From an uncultured Flavobacteriaceae bacterium (GTDB lineage Bacteria > Bacteroidota > Bacteroidia > Flavobacteriales > Flavobacteriaceae): a stretch of 64,000 nucleotides of DNA. A program made the translations under genes and the position numbers. The stretch lies in assembly GCA_964524415.1 (NCBI GenBank), contig CAZGDG010000001.1, forward strand, positions 26,032 to 90,031, given 5' to 3'. Numbering within the stretch: position 1 is the stretch's first letter; each line of letters opens with the position of its first letter. Under the pieces are notes generated by a model. It was not told where the DNA came from. It searched no databases and saw only the letters and a program-made list of their open reading frames with translations. Shown here one piece after another: positions 38,571-49,148 of this stretch.

Positions 38571-40472
38571 TTAGAGCTTATTTTTTTCATCTAATACTTC
38601 AAAAGTGGAATTATTAGAAATATATTCTGGTACAAGACCTTTAATTACAGAAACCATCTCAAGAGGTTGTGTCAAAGACGTCATTTTTGTTAATTTCAAG
38701 ATTTCTCCTTCAACATGGTTAGAGTCTATTAATTTTGATTTTGCAATCATGATCTTTTCGTGATAGGTTTTTTTGGTATTCTCACCATCGGCAAGCAATT
38801 CTTCATAAATCTTTTCCCCTGGACGTAGCCCGGTTATTTTAATATCAATGTCTTCAGGATAGCGCAATCCAGACAAAACAATCATGTTTGTGGCTAAATT
38901 AAAAATCTTAATGGGCTCTCCCATATCAAATACAAATATTTCACCTCCATTACCCATTGCGGCCGCTTCTAGTACCAGTTGACAGGCTTCCGGAATAGTC
39001 ATGAAATACCTTGTGATATCTTTATGGGTAACTGTCAATGGACCACCATTTTCAATCTGCTTTTTAAAAAGCGGAATAACAGAGCCATTGGAACCTAATA
39101 CATTTCCAAACCTTGTTGTAATAAATTTTGTATGCCCTTTACCTTTTAAGCAGGTTACATAAAGTTCGGCGATACGTTTAGTTGCACCCATAACATTCGT
39201 TGGGTTTACCGCCTTATCGGTGGAAATCAAAACAAATTTATCTACACTATGCTTAACGGCGACATCAGCGACGTTTTTGGTACCTCCAATATTTACACTT
39301 ATAGCTTCGTATGGGTTGTTTTCCATCAGTGGCACATGTTTATAGGCCGCGGCATGAAAAACTATTTTTGGCTTGTTCAGGTTGAAAATTTGATCTATCC
39401 GTGTTTTATTTCTTACATCCGCGACTATAGCTTCTATATTTTTTAGGCCTCGCTGAATAAATTCTTGCTGAATATCATAAAGAGCAGATTCTGCGTTATC
39501 AACGAGAATTAATTTTTTGTAATTATAAAGACTTACTTTTCTTGATATTTCACTTCCGATGGATCCTGCAGCTCCCGTTATCAAAATAACCTTATTATCA
39601 TACTGCTCTTCTAAATCAGGATTCTTAATACTTATAGGGTCTCTTCCGAGAAGATCTTCAATTTTTACTTCTTTAATCTGGCCGACACTTAAATCTCCAT
39701 CAATCCAATTTTGAACAGGCGGAACAATTTTCACCTTTAGACCTAGCCCAAATAAACTGCTCGTTATTTGCAGTAATCTAGTTGGTTCAATGTTTTGAAT
39801 AGAGATGATAACATCCTCTATTTTATGCTTTTGAATGAACTTCTGGTCAAGTGCGTTTAAACTGTATACAGGTATTAAATTAATTTTCTTGCCTATTTTT
39901 CGTTCATCGTCATCAATAAAACCAACAACTTCAAAGCCACTTTTGGCATCATTTTGTATGGCATCATAGGTAAGCATACCTGAACTTCCTGCCCCAAAAA
40001 TCAATACATTAGAGATGGTTTTTACATCTTGGGTAACGTAGTTATAGAGCGATTTTATAAAAAGTTTAGAGCCTATCAGAAATAAGATATTCAATAATAA
40101 ATGAATATAAATAATAGAGCCTGATATATTAAAAACACTGTCCTCAGATAAAAATTTACGACTTATAAACGTACAGCAAATTAGTATAGTAGCTAAAATA
40201 TTGGCTCCAATAATTATGTTAATAATGTCTTTAAATCCCGTAAAACGAACAACTCCTTTATACGATCCAACGGCAATTAAGCTTATGGCAGCAACTATTG
40301 CTATATACGGGATTTGCTGAATAAAGTCTTCAATGCTAAACTCTAATTGAAAATTATATCTTATGAGATAAGCGGCAAAAAAAGTTAATATGACAATACA
40401 TACATCAAACAAAAGTACAAGCCACTTTGAAGCATATTTCTCTGATATTTTATGTAAATATTTGTCTAACAT
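38571..40472 (-). CDS. membrane-bound UDP-GlcNAc 4,6-dehydratase (CapD/PglF/WbpM type)
   Basis: Four N-terminal TMs, IEDLLGRD, TGAAGSIGSE, FHAAAYKHVP, STDKAVNPTNVMGATK, RFGNVLGSNGSV, GLRPGEK. Confidence 0.93.
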   Translation of the reverse strand: MLDKYLHKISEKYASKWLVLLFDVCIVILTFFAAYLIRYNFQLEFSIEDFIQQIPYIAIVAAISLIAVGSYKGVVRFTGFKDIINIIIGANILATILICCTFISRKFLSEDSVFNISGSIIYIHLLLNILFLIGSKLFIKSLYNYVTQDVKTISNVLIFGAGSSGMLTYDAIQNDAKSGFEVVGFIDDDERKIGKKINLIPVYSLNALDQKFIQKHKIEDVIISIQNIEPTRLLQITSSLFGLGLKVKIVPPVQNWIDGDLSVGQIKEVKIEDLLGRDPISIKNPDLEEQYDNKVILITGAAGSIGSEISRKVSLYNYKKLILVDNAESALYDIQQEFIQRGLKNIEAIVADVRNKTRIDQIFNLNKPKIVFHAAAYKHVPLMENNPYEAISVNIGGTKNVADVAVKHSVDKFVLISTDKAVNPTNVMGATKRIAELYVTCLKGKGHTKFITTRFGNVLGSNGSVIPLFKKQIENGGPLTVTHKDITRYFMTIPEACQLVLEAAAMGNGGEIFVFDMGEPIKIFNLATNMIVLSGLRYPEDIDIKITGLRPGEKIYEELLADGENTKKTYHEKIMIAKSKLIDSNHVEGEILKLTKMTSLTQPLEMVSVIKGLVPEYISNNSTFEVLDEKNKL

Positions 40473-41593
40473 ACTGCAAAATACTTATTAATACCGGATA
40501 TAACGCGCTCTAGTTGCTCTCGCGTTAAATTGGATCCGCTTGGTAAACAAAGACCTTGCTCGAATAGTTTATCTGAAATTCCATTTAAGTAACTAGGGGC
40601 ATCTTTAAAAACGGGTTGAGCGTGCATAGGTTTCCATAAGGGTCGCGACTCAATATTATCTTTAGTAAGGGCCAATCTGATTTCCTCTCTAATTTTATAG
40701 TTAGGTAACAGTATGCAGGTAAGCCATCTATTAGAAAAGAAACCTGAGGGTTCTTCCAGGAATTTTATCTCATCATAACCCTCAAACGACTCCTTGTAAA
40801 ATTCATGATTTTTGCGACGATTGGCAACATGATCATCCAAAACGGTCATTTGCCCACGACCAATGCCTGCAACAATATTAGACATCCTGTAATTGTATCC
40901 TATTTTGGAATGCTGATAATGAGGGGCATTGTCCCTTGCTTGTGTAGATAAAAAAACAGCTTTTTCTTTGTGTTCTTTATGTTTTGTTATTAAGGCACCT
41001 CCTCCTGATGTGGTTATGATTTTGTTACCGTTAAAAGATAAAATGGCCAAATCACCGAAAGTACCACATTTTTTATTTCTGTAGGTACTACCAAAAGCCT
41101 CCGCACTGTCCTCAATAATTGGAATGTTGTAGGCATTAGCTATAGTCCTTATCTCATCGACTTTATAAGGCATACCATATAAATGAACTGCTACGATTGC
41201 TTTAGGACGCTTTCCCTTAATAATTCTGTCTTTTATTGCCCTTTCCAATTGTTCTGGGCACATATTCCATGTTTCAGGTTCACTATCAACAAATACAGGC
41301 GTTGCTCCTTGATAGACGATTGGATTAGCAGATGCCGAAAAGGTTTTGCTCTGGCATATCACTTCATCTTTATCGCTTACACCCAATAAAATTAAAGCCA
41401 AATGTAAGGCGGCCGTACCAGAGGATACTGCAGCAACTTCGTTTTGTCCGCCAAGATATTTTTTAATATCGTCTTCAAAGCCATTGACATTTGGCCCAAG
41501 AGGTGCAATCCAGTTGGCATTGAAAGCCTCGTTTATGTAGAATTGTTCTTTCCCACTCATGTGAGGAGAGGACAACCATATTTTTTCGTTCAT
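40466..41593 (-). CDS. DegT/DnrJ/EryC1/StrS sugar aminotransferase (PglE/EpsN-like)
   Basis: WLSSPH, SSGTAALHLAL, IEDSAEAFG, SFNGNKIITTSGGG, GYNYRMSN, LCLPSGS. Confidence 0.92.
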   Translation of the reverse strand: MNEKIWLSSPHMSGKEQFYINEAFNANWIAPLGPNVNGFEDDIKKYLGGQNEVAAVSSGTAALHLALILLGVSDKDEVICQSKTFSASANPIVYQGATPVFVDSEPETWNMCPEQLERAIKDRIIKGKRPKAIVAVHLYGMPYKVDEIRTIANAYNIPIIEDSAEAFGSTYRNKKCGTFGDLAILSFNGNKIITTSGGGALITKHKEHKEKAVFLSTQARDNAPHYQHSKIGYNYRMSNIVAGIGRGQMTVLDDHVANRRKNHEFYKESFEGYDEIKFLEEPSGFFSNRWLTCILLPNYKIREEIRLALTKDNIESRPLWKPMHAQPVFKDAPSYLNGISDKLFEQGLCLPSGSNLTREQLERVISGINKYFAVC

Positions 41594-41902
41594 AGGTTAC
41601 AGCTTTAATACAAAACCTAATGGTTTTAATTTAAGGTATTTGGGACCTAATATTTATATTATATATGCTAATATAAGCCTCAATGTCTCAAATAATAAAA
41701 CTAAAAATAAATATTACGATAAACTGTTAAATTTAAACGATATAACCTTGAAACAAAAAATTGAAATGTAAAAATATTAGTTGAACAGCAACGGTGTATT
41801 TGATTGTTAGATTTAATTTATCTAATTTTTTCATTCTAATCTAAATCAATGCAATAAGTAGCAGAATTATCCGAACTGCCAGTAACTTTAAATGATTGGT
41901 AA

Positions 41903-42556
41903 TCACTGTGAAGTAGAGTCTTTACTAACAATGACCTCATTATCAGTAGAACCCATAAATTCTGGCATGTTAGTATCCTGTGAGGCATTAATATCTTTTT
42001 GCGCTAAAACTTTTTGAATCGTTTTAATAATAATCTTGACATCTAGCCAAAAGGATTGGTTATCTACATAGTAATTGTCTAGTTCAAATTTTTGTTCCCA
42101 AGAAATGGCGTTTCTGCCATTAACCTGTGCCCATCCAGTTATTCCCGGCATTACCAATAACCGTCTTTTCTGCTGTTCATTATACCTTGGCAAATATTTT
42201 GGTAGTAAGGGTCGAGGCCCTATAAGACTCATATCGCCTCTTATAATATTAAATAATTGAGGTATTTCGTCGAGAGAGTATTTTCTGCAAAAATCACCCA
42301 CTTTGGTAATACGTTGATTAACAGGTAAAAGGTTACCTTCTTCATCAGTACGGTCAGTCATTGTCTTAAACTTGATTATGGTGAATACAGCTCCATTTAA
42401 GCCCGTTCTCTTCTGATAAAAGAAGGCAGAGCCACTGTTATATATTGTCAATAAAACAAATAAAACCAATAGCAGAGGGGAAGCTATGATGATTCCAATT
42501 CCGGCAGCTAAGAAATCAAAGCTCCTTTTTAGAAAATTTACATAAAGCTTGTTCAT
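41903..42556 (-). CDS. undecaprenyl-phosphate phosphoglycosyl transferase (PglC-like)
   Basis: KRSFD, IIKFKTM, LDEIPQL, GDMSLIGPRPLL, PGITGWAQVNGRN. Confidence 0.92.
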   Translation of the reverse strand: MNKLYVNFLKRSFDFLAAGIGIIIASPLLLVLFVLLTIYNSGSAFFYQKRTGLNGAVFTIIKFKTMTDRTDEEGNLLPVNQRITKVGDFCRKYSLDEIPQLFNIIRGDMSLIGPRPLLPKYLPRYNEQQKRRLLVMPGITGWAQVNGRNAISWEQKFELDNYYVDNQSFWLDVKIIIKTIQKVLAQKDINASQDTNMPEFMGSTDNEVIVSKDSTSQ

Positions 42557-42567
42557 AGGCCTTTACA

Positions 42568-43704
42568 TTATAAAACGACATCAGAAATTAAGTTTATAAG
42601 TTCTTTGTTAATGATTTTTACATCAAACCTTTCTTCAGCATAATTACGACTATTAATGCCCATTTCCTCTATTTTAGATATATTCAGGAGAAAATATTCC
42701 ATAGCCTTTATCAATTCCTGTAGTTCTCTAGGTTCAATTAAAATGCCATTATAATCTTTTTTAATTGTTTCCCTGCAGCCAGGAGTATTAGTAGTGATAA
42801 TTGGCATACCAACAGATAGCGCTTCCAATATGGAACGTGGAATGCCCTCCCTGTAATAGGTTGGTAAAACAAACACATCATTCTTGTAAAGATGCTCCGG
42901 CACATTCTTCTGCATACCATGGTAGACTATTATGCCAGTGTCATCCAACTTTTTCAGTTCTTCTTCATCTATTGCTGATGGTGATTTATCCGGAGAGCCA
43001 ATAACGTGGAACTCAGCATTTGGATACGTTTTCTTTAAAACTTGTGCTGCTTCGATATACAGAGCTATACCCTTTTCCTTTATTAACCTCGCAACTAATA
43101 AAAAAGAAATATTATCCGATTTTTTTTTATTTACCCTAAATTTATAATTGTTTAAATTCACACCTGAGCCACTTACTAAGGCCGTTTTATTTTTAGCTGA
43201 TAATATCCCATTATCCATAAATAATTGAAGGTCATCTTTATTTTGAAAAACTACAACCCTATTTCTTCTAATGGATGATCTATATAGATTTTGATTAAGC
43301 CATTGCAAGACACGGGCTTTTCTTGTAAGGCCAGTGAAGGCAAAGCCAAGACCTGTTATTAAGGAAATTACTGGTACACCACATGAATTGGCAGCAAAAG
43401 AACTGTATATCACAGGTTTAACTGTGTAAGGAAAAACAAGATCGATACGATTTTGTTTGATAAGTTTTCTAAGTTCTAAAACAGATCCAATATCTTTTAT
43501 GGGATTTAAGCCGGTTCGATTAAGTTTAAACTCAAGAGGAATCGCACCAATAGATTCAAGTTTCTCTTTAATGTGATCAGGCTGTTTTGGAGCAGCCGCA
43601 TAAACCCTAAAGCCATTTTCAATCAGGGAAGCTATGAAATCACCTCTAAAATGAATCAAGGAGGATGCAAGCGATGCTACAATTAGTATATTTTTATTTT
43701 CCAT
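42568..43704 (-). CDS. GT4 glycosyltransferase (PglA/CapM-like)
   Basis: FRGDFI, YTVKPVIY, ITGLG, SGSGVNL, ARLIKEKG, YYREGIPRSILEA. Confidence 0.9.
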   Translation of the reverse strand: MENKNILIVASLASSLIHFRGDFIASLIENGFRVYAAAPKQPDHIKEKLESIGAIPLEFKLNRTGLNPIKDIGSVLELRKLIKQNRIDLVFPYTVKPVIYSSFAANSCGVPVISLITGLGFAFTGLTRKARVLQWLNQNLYRSSIRRNRVVVFQNKDDLQLFMDNGILSAKNKTALVSGSGVNLNNYKFRVNKKKSDNISFLLVARLIKEKGIALYIEAAQVLKKTYPNAEFHVIGSPDKSPSAIDEEELKKLDDTGIIVYHGMQKNVPEHLYKNDVFVLPTYYREGIPRSILEALSVGMPIITTNTPGCRETIKKDYNGILIEPRELQELIKAMEYFLLNISKIEEMGINSRNYAEERFDVKIINKELINLISDVVL

Positions 43705-45610
43705 GGATTGTTTGTTTGAGGTAAACGTATTTATACCACTTTTGAAAACAGAAAAATGACCAAACCCTAAAAGTACTATCTTTTTTACTGTCTAAGTGCG
43801 CCTTGACAAGACTTGTTATAGCGGTAATATTAAATATATTCTGCTCTTTTAGAAAACCAGGTTCGATATAACTTTCCAATTCGGCTTTAAGACTTTGTCT
43901 TAGCCAGTCACCAGTAGGGGATCCAAAGCCACTTTTACTCTTTTCTAGAAACTGCTCAGGAAATTGGTCTTTAAAGGCTTCCTTTAGTATGTATTTTTTG
44001 TTCCAGCCTTTCATTAAATAGCTTTCTGGTAATGTATTGGTAAAGTCCCAAATCTTTTTGTTGAGAAACGGTGCCCTGCATTCTAGGGATTCTAGCATGG
44101 CGGTTCTATCTACCTTAGGAAGCATTCCACCTTCGAGACTTAGATGTTTATCAACCATTCTAAAATCTGTCAAGCTCTCTATTTTTTTGTTTCCCAATGC
44201 ATCCTTATAGTACTGGAAGAGATTATGCTCAACATTTTCTGGTTTAAAAATCTCCTTTAGCTGTTGGCTTGTATTGGCTAGGGAGATTATATTCCAATAA
44301 AAATCTCCACTGTAACTTATTGAATTAAGTAGTTTTTTAATCCGGTACTTTTTTCCTCTTGAATCATCTTTATCTACTAAGTAATCATTGCTTAACTTTT
44401 TAATGGTATTATGGAATACTTTGGGCATAAGCCGTGTATATTTTCGGTTTAGCATGCCAATGTAATATTTGTTATAACCTCCAAAAACTTCATCACCACC
44501 GTCACCGGTCAGTGCAACTGTAACGTGTTCTCTTGTTTTTTGTGAGAGCAAATGCGTTGGTAAAGCAGCTGTATCAGAGAAGGGTTCATCGAAATTTATA
44601 AGTATATCATGTATATCATCCTTTAAATCCTCTTCATCTATAATAAATTCGTGATGATTACTATTGATCAAGTTGGCGACAACCCGTGATTTGTCTGTTT
44701 CATCATAGGCGGTTTTTTTAAAGCCTATTGAAAACGTATTAATCTTTGAATCGGTAGCTTGAGATAGGCATAAGGAGATAATTGAAGAATCTACCCCTCC
44801 CGAGAGAAAAGTTCCTAGAGGTACATCTGAAATGGATCGACTTTTAACACTCTCATAAACTAACTCCCTTACTTTGGTCTTAGCACTTTCAAATGATATG
44901 TCTGTTGATTTTGGTTGAATTTCTGTATTTATGGTATGAATTTCTAAACTATGGCTAGCCAAATCATATTTAATATACTTATTAGCTTCTAGTTTAAAAA
45001 CGTTATCGTAAATGGTAAATGGCGCAGGAATATAAGTTAGCCTAAAGAATAGATTTAATCCTTTTTTTGATATTCTTGGTCTTTTGTTTAATACCGCTGT
45101 GAGCGATTTTAGCTCAGACGCCCAAATAATTTTGTTATCGAGTGTAGAGTAGTACAGAGGCTTTTCTCCGAAGAAATCCCTTGCTATATAGACAGTACCA
45201 TTACGTTTGTCTAAAATACTAAAGGCGTACATACCATCAAGCCACTGAAAAGCCTCTGTCCCATATTTTTCATAGGCTTTTAAAATGACTTCCGTATCGC
45301 TTGTTGTGGCAAATTGAACCCCTTCCTTTTCTAAACGTGATTTTATGTTTGGGTAGTTGTATATTTCACCATTAAATACAATTATAATTTGTTTGTCTTC
45401 TGAGAATATAGGCTGTTTCCCAGACGTGAGGTCAATAATGGACAGACGCTGCATGCCCATGCCAACAGTCAATGAGCCCAATTCCTCTACATGTAGCCCA
45501 TTTTCATCTGGCCCTCTATGGTAAATGAGCCTATTCATATGGCTTATCTGTTCCAGGAGGACGTCAGGGCTAGGTTTTGATTTGTCTATAATACCATTTA
45601 TACCGCACAT
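43694..45610 (-). CDS. asnB: asparagine synthase-like glutamine amidotransferase (polysaccharide amidation)
   Basis: N-terminal MCGI, HRGPD, RLSIIDL, FNGEIYN, GEKPLYY, LSGGVDSS, TGDGGDEVFGGY, ECRAPFL. Confidence 0.92.
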   Translation of the reverse strand: MCGINGIIDKSKPSPDVLLEQISHMNRLIYHRGPDENGLHVEELGSLTVGMGMQRLSIIDLTSGKQPIFSEDKQIIIVFNGEIYNYPNIKSRLEKEGVQFATTSDTEVILKAYEKYGTEAFQWLDGMYAFSILDKRNGTVYIARDFFGEKPLYYSTLDNKIIWASELKSLTAVLNKRPRISKKGLNLFFRLTYIPAPFTIYDNVFKLEANKYIKYDLASHSLEIHTINTEIQPKSTDISFESAKTKVRELVYESVKSRSISDVPLGTFLSGGVDSSIISLCLSQATDSKINTFSIGFKKTAYDETDKSRVVANLINSNHHEFIIDEEDLKDDIHDILINFDEPFSDTAALPTHLLSQKTREHVTVALTGDGGDEVFGGYNKYYIGMLNRKYTRLMPKVFHNTIKKLSNDYLVDKDDSRGKKYRIKKLLNSISYSGDFYWNIISLANTSQQLKEIFKPENVEHNLFQYYKDALGNKKIESLTDFRMVDKHLSLEGGMLPKVDRTAMLESLECRAPFLNKKIWDFTNTLPESYLMKGWNKKYILKEAFKDQFPEQFLEKSKSGFGSPTGDWLRQSLKAELESYIEPGFLKEQNIFNITAITSLVKAHLDSKKDSTFRVWSFFCFQKWYKYVYLKQTIHGK

Positions 45611-45615
45611 AATTC

Positions 45616-46770
45616 TTAAGCTTCAATAAGTTCTTTAACTTGATTATATATTTTAGGTAAGATGAAATCTTGTGCTCTTTTAAAGCCTAGGGAGCTATAA
45701 TCTTGCCTAATTTTTGGGTTTAGTCTAAAAAATTCCAAAGCCTTTGCCAAGCCTAGATAATCATTGACATTTACTAAAAGGCCATATTTTGCTAAAGCAT
45801 AGCCTCCCTTTGGAATTTCAATAGCTTCATTATCATTTAATAATTCTAGTGGGCCTGTTTTGCAATTGGTTGAGATTACTGGAAGACCAACCGAAAGCGC
45901 CTCTAAAACCACATTAGGAAATCCTTCTGTTTTGGATGAAAGGACAAAACAATCATTTTCGGCAAGCTGTTCCTTTACATTAGAGACGTTGCCAAGAAAG
46001 GTCGTTGAATGCTCTATTTTTTTTGAAACACATAAGCCTTTTACGTCACTTTCCAATTGTCCCGTGCCCGCTTGAGTGTAATGAAATTTGTCGTAATCTA
46101 GTAAGGCCAATGCCCTAACTATCATTTGTTGGTTTTTAGCGTCGTAAATACTACCTACATTAATGAACCTAAACAGATCAGACGTTGGTTTAACTGCAGG
46201 TTCTCGCTTGATTTTCTCATCAATAATTATGGGGTTATAGATGACCGCCATTGGCATATTAACCTTGAAATTTGATTTTAAATCCTCATTGATGTTAATG
46301 GAATTTGAAAATAAAATATCATTTTTAGCATAATATCTTGGAATAACATACTTTGATAATAGCTTTGAGGACTTATTAGCCTTGTACATTAAGGAAGGAA
46401 AGCATCTTTCACTTATTATGGTCCGAAGATTTTTATTTCTACTTCTTACCATTCCATTGATTATATTTGGCAATGCCAAAAACGACATAGATATCTGAAT
46501 ATTATTAGACTTTATAAACCTACTATACTTCTTCGAAACGACCAATGTGTTCTTTAGTTTTACATAAAAGGAATTATGTCCATTCTCCTTAGGAAAAAGC
46601 ACCGTGACCTTAACATCTTTCGGAATATCGAAATGAATGTCATTATTAAAAAGAACTAGAAATACGCTATAATCCTTTACCAACTCGTCAAGCAAAACAC
46701 TAATAACACGTTGGGCGCCGCCATAGTGCATGTTCATTGCCAATATGCTAATCTTTTTAGTACCTGCCAT
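45616..46770 (-). CDS. GT4 glycosyltransferase (PglJ-like)
   Basis: GGAQRV, IISER, IYNP, KNQ, SKTEGFPNVVLEA, STNCKTGPLELL. Confidence 0.88.
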   Translation of the reverse strand: MAGTKKISILAMNMHYGGAQRVISVLLDELVKDYSVFLVLFNNDIHFDIPKDVKVTVLFPKENGHNSFYVKLKNTLVVSKKYSRFIKSNNIQISMSFLALPNIINGMVRSRNKNLRTIISERCFPSLMYKANKSSKLLSKYVIPRYYAKNDILFSNSININEDLKSNFKVNMPMAVIYNPIIIDEKIKREPAVKPTSDLFRFINVGSIYDAKNQQMIVRALALLDYDKFHYTQAGTGQLESDVKGLCVSKKIEHSTTFLGNVSNVKEQLAENDCFVLSSKTEGFPNVVLEALSVGLPVISTNCKTGPLELLNDNEAIEIPKGGYALAKYGLLVNVNDYLGLAKALEFFRLNPKIRQDYSSLGFKRAQDFILPKIYNQVKELIEA

Positions 46771-46771
46771 T

Positions 46772-47857
46772 TTAATTCACTAATCCTTCAAAAAGGGTTT
46801 CGTATTTTTTTAGAATGATGTCTGGGCTATATCTACTGGAAATGGTCTCGCTAACCCTTTTGGGGTTAAAAATATAGTTGGTATTAATTTCATTTAAATA
46901 TCTTAAGAATTCTGCCTCATCAGAAGCAATATGACCATTAATGCCCTCCAAAATAATTTCGTTTATCCCGCCCGGTGCATCAATTGCCAGCACTGGTGTG
47001 CCAACCATACAACTCTCAATGACAGCGTTGGGAAATCCTTCTACGTATGAACCTTGCAAATAAAGGTCGCTTTCCTTTAAATACTTGGCAACTTCCTTTG
47101 TGAAAGGAATATTGGTCACGGAAGATGAAAACCCTAGTTCTTCAATACGTTTAAAAAGCTTTTTGTTTTCCATGCCGTCACCAATTATGGTGTAATGAAA
47201 AGGAAAATCCAATTTGCCTAAGATTTCAATAAGCCTAGCGTGTCCTTTTTGCCTCACTAATCTAGCTACCGTAATAAACCGTATTGGCTGAGAAATGGTG
47301 TTTTTTTGCTTTAGCTCAAATCCGAAGGTCACAGGGTTGTTAATAACCACTAACTTATGTTGTTTAATGCTATAGGAGCTATTTAAATCATTGAGCATAT
47401 CTTGAGATTGACAGATAATCTTGTGAAACCTGTTAAATCGATGCCGTGCTAGTAAGCCATATAATTTACCACCTGTTTTACCCGATGCATACTTATTCAG
47501 AACACTTAGAACATTAACTTCTCGTGCTACGAATTTAATTCTTGGGAAAAGATATTTCATGTAAGCCGTGACAGTATTTAAGTGTCCAACTGCACTTACC
47601 ACAATATTGGGTTTATTGTGCCTTATATATTGGAATAAGTCTTTTATTCCGGCCATCACTCTATCTTTATTAAAGAATATCACTTCAATTCCCTCTATAT
47701 CATAGGCTGCATCTTTTTCGTGACCGATGATTACCAGTGTTGTTTTAAATCTATTAGGATTTAGCTCCTGGGCTATGAAAGATAAAACGCGTTCTGCACC
47801 ACCTGCTGCTAGATTGGGTAGCACAATACTTATTTTTATTTTTTTTGTTGGTTTCAC
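46772..47857 (-). CDS. GT4 glycosyltransferase
   Basis: GGAERV, INNPV, ARLVRQKG, EGFPNAVIES; GTG start. Confidence 0.88.
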   Translation of the reverse strand: MKPTKKIKISIVLPNLAAGGAERVLSFIAQELNPNRFKTTLVIIGHEKDAAYDIEGIEVIFFNKDRVMAGIKDLFQYIRHNKPNIVVSAVGHLNTVTAYMKYLFPRIKFVAREVNVLSVLNKYASGKTGGKLYGLLARHRFNRFHKIICQSQDMLNDLNSSYSIKQHKLVVINNPVTFGFELKQKNTISQPIRFITVARLVRQKGHARLIEILGKLDFPFHYTIIGDGMENKKLFKRIEELGFSSSVTNIPFTKEVAKYLKESDLYLQGSYVEGFPNAVIESCMVGTPVLAIDAPGGINEIILEGINGHIASDEAEFLRYLNEINTNYIFNPKRVSETISSRYSPDIILKKYETLFEGLVN

Positions 47858-47880
47858 GGTTTGATTTGGGTTTTAGTGGT

Positions 47881-49128
47881 TTAAGATGATGTTTTAAATT
47901 CTATATCCTTAACTGCTATGGGTTTCAGATATTTATTATAAACCTGTGCATCAAAGAATGCAAGCGTAAGGACAACAGGTCTTTCGTGAAATAAATTGTG
48001 TGTAAAAAAGCCTTCTAGAATGAACAAAATAGCAAAAATTAAATAATAAAATTGGTCATATTTAAAGGCAACCCTAATGTTATAAAACACATATATAACA
48101 TAAATAAGTAGGGCAACAAAACCTAAGTTAACAGCTAAAAAGAGGTAATAATTATGTGTATTTAATTTACCACCATTAGCACGCTTGTCTGAGCTGTAAC
48201 CCGTTCCGTATCCAAGAGGGTTTTGTTTAAACCGTTGCCAATATTCAAAAAGTAATGTTGCTCTACCACCCTCAACCGCAGCGCTACCAACGTTTCTTTT
48301 ATCAACTTTTCCTGTCAACAAATCTAGGCGTTTCCCGGCATCACCTCTTGTAAACTGTGGGAAATTAGCTCTAAGAATACCAGCTAACACCAGTAAACAC
48401 ATGTACAATCCAATGAGAAGCATGACAAGCTTTAAGGAGTTTTGAATCATTTGCGCAACGTCTTTTCCAAATCTGTGGTTCCAACTATTAATGGCACCAA
48501 GCATGATTATAAAAATGACGGAAACAAGACCACTTCTGGAAAAGGTCATGAAAACCGCAAAAAACATAAATATTATAACCGCATTTTTTAAGATTTTTTG
48601 GTCTGTTAAATGCACCAATGATGCAAGTGCTAAAAACTTTATGCCCGATGCGGCCTGATTCGGGTTCTCGCCAAAACCACCTTTTCGAACGCTTTGAGCC
48701 AAACTCATTGAGTAGTTGGGTAACCCAATAAAAAAGTCATAAAGAACACTACCTCCAAGCACAAATAGTCCACCACATATTGTTGCAATAACCAATGTTC
48801 TATCTTCTTTTCTAAAGAATTGAACAGCAACAAGATACATGAGTAGCGTGATAATGTTAAGTACCAGCTCTGTCATAATTACCATTTGATGAGCTCTTGT
48901 AAATGCCGAATAGACAATAGCCAATATAGTAATCCAAAAAAACATTCTGAAAGTGTGGGTTCTTACCAAATCACCTAAGTCGTTAAGAGAATATCGTACA
49001 AAACCTACCGCGACAAATAGTGGAATGATCAAACCGGAAGGCTCCACAGGCACTATACCCATTCGAAACAAAAAGATATCCGAATAAGAGCATAAAATGA
49101 CTAAAAGTATGGCGAGCACGTATTTCAT
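47881..49128 (-). CDS. O-antigen polymerase/ligase family membrane protein (probable Wzy)
   Basis: About 11 TM segments, GGFGENPN, TFSRSG, PLGYG, HNYYL. Confidence 0.8.
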   Translation of the reverse strand: MKYVLAILLVILCSYSDIFLFRMGIVPVEPSGLIIPLFVAVGFVRYSLNDLGDLVRTHTFRMFFWITILAIVYSAFTRAHQMVIMTELVLNIITLLMYLVAVQFFRKEDRTLVIATICGGLFVLGGSVLYDFFIGLPNYSMSLAQSVRKGGFGENPNQAASGIKFLALASLVHLTDQKILKNAVIIFMFFAVFMTFSRSGLVSVIFIIMLGAINSWNHRFGKDVAQMIQNSLKLVMLLIGLYMCLLVLAGILRANFPQFTRGDAGKRLDLLTGKVDKRNVGSAAVEGGRATLLFEYWQRFKQNPLGYGTGYSSDKRANGGKLNTHNYYLFLAVNLGFVALLIYVIYVFYNIRVAFKYDQFYYLIFAILFILEGFFTHNLFHERPVVLTLAFFDAQVYNKYLKPIAVKDIEFKTSS

Positions 49129-49148
49129 AATTAACTTAAGTTATACTT

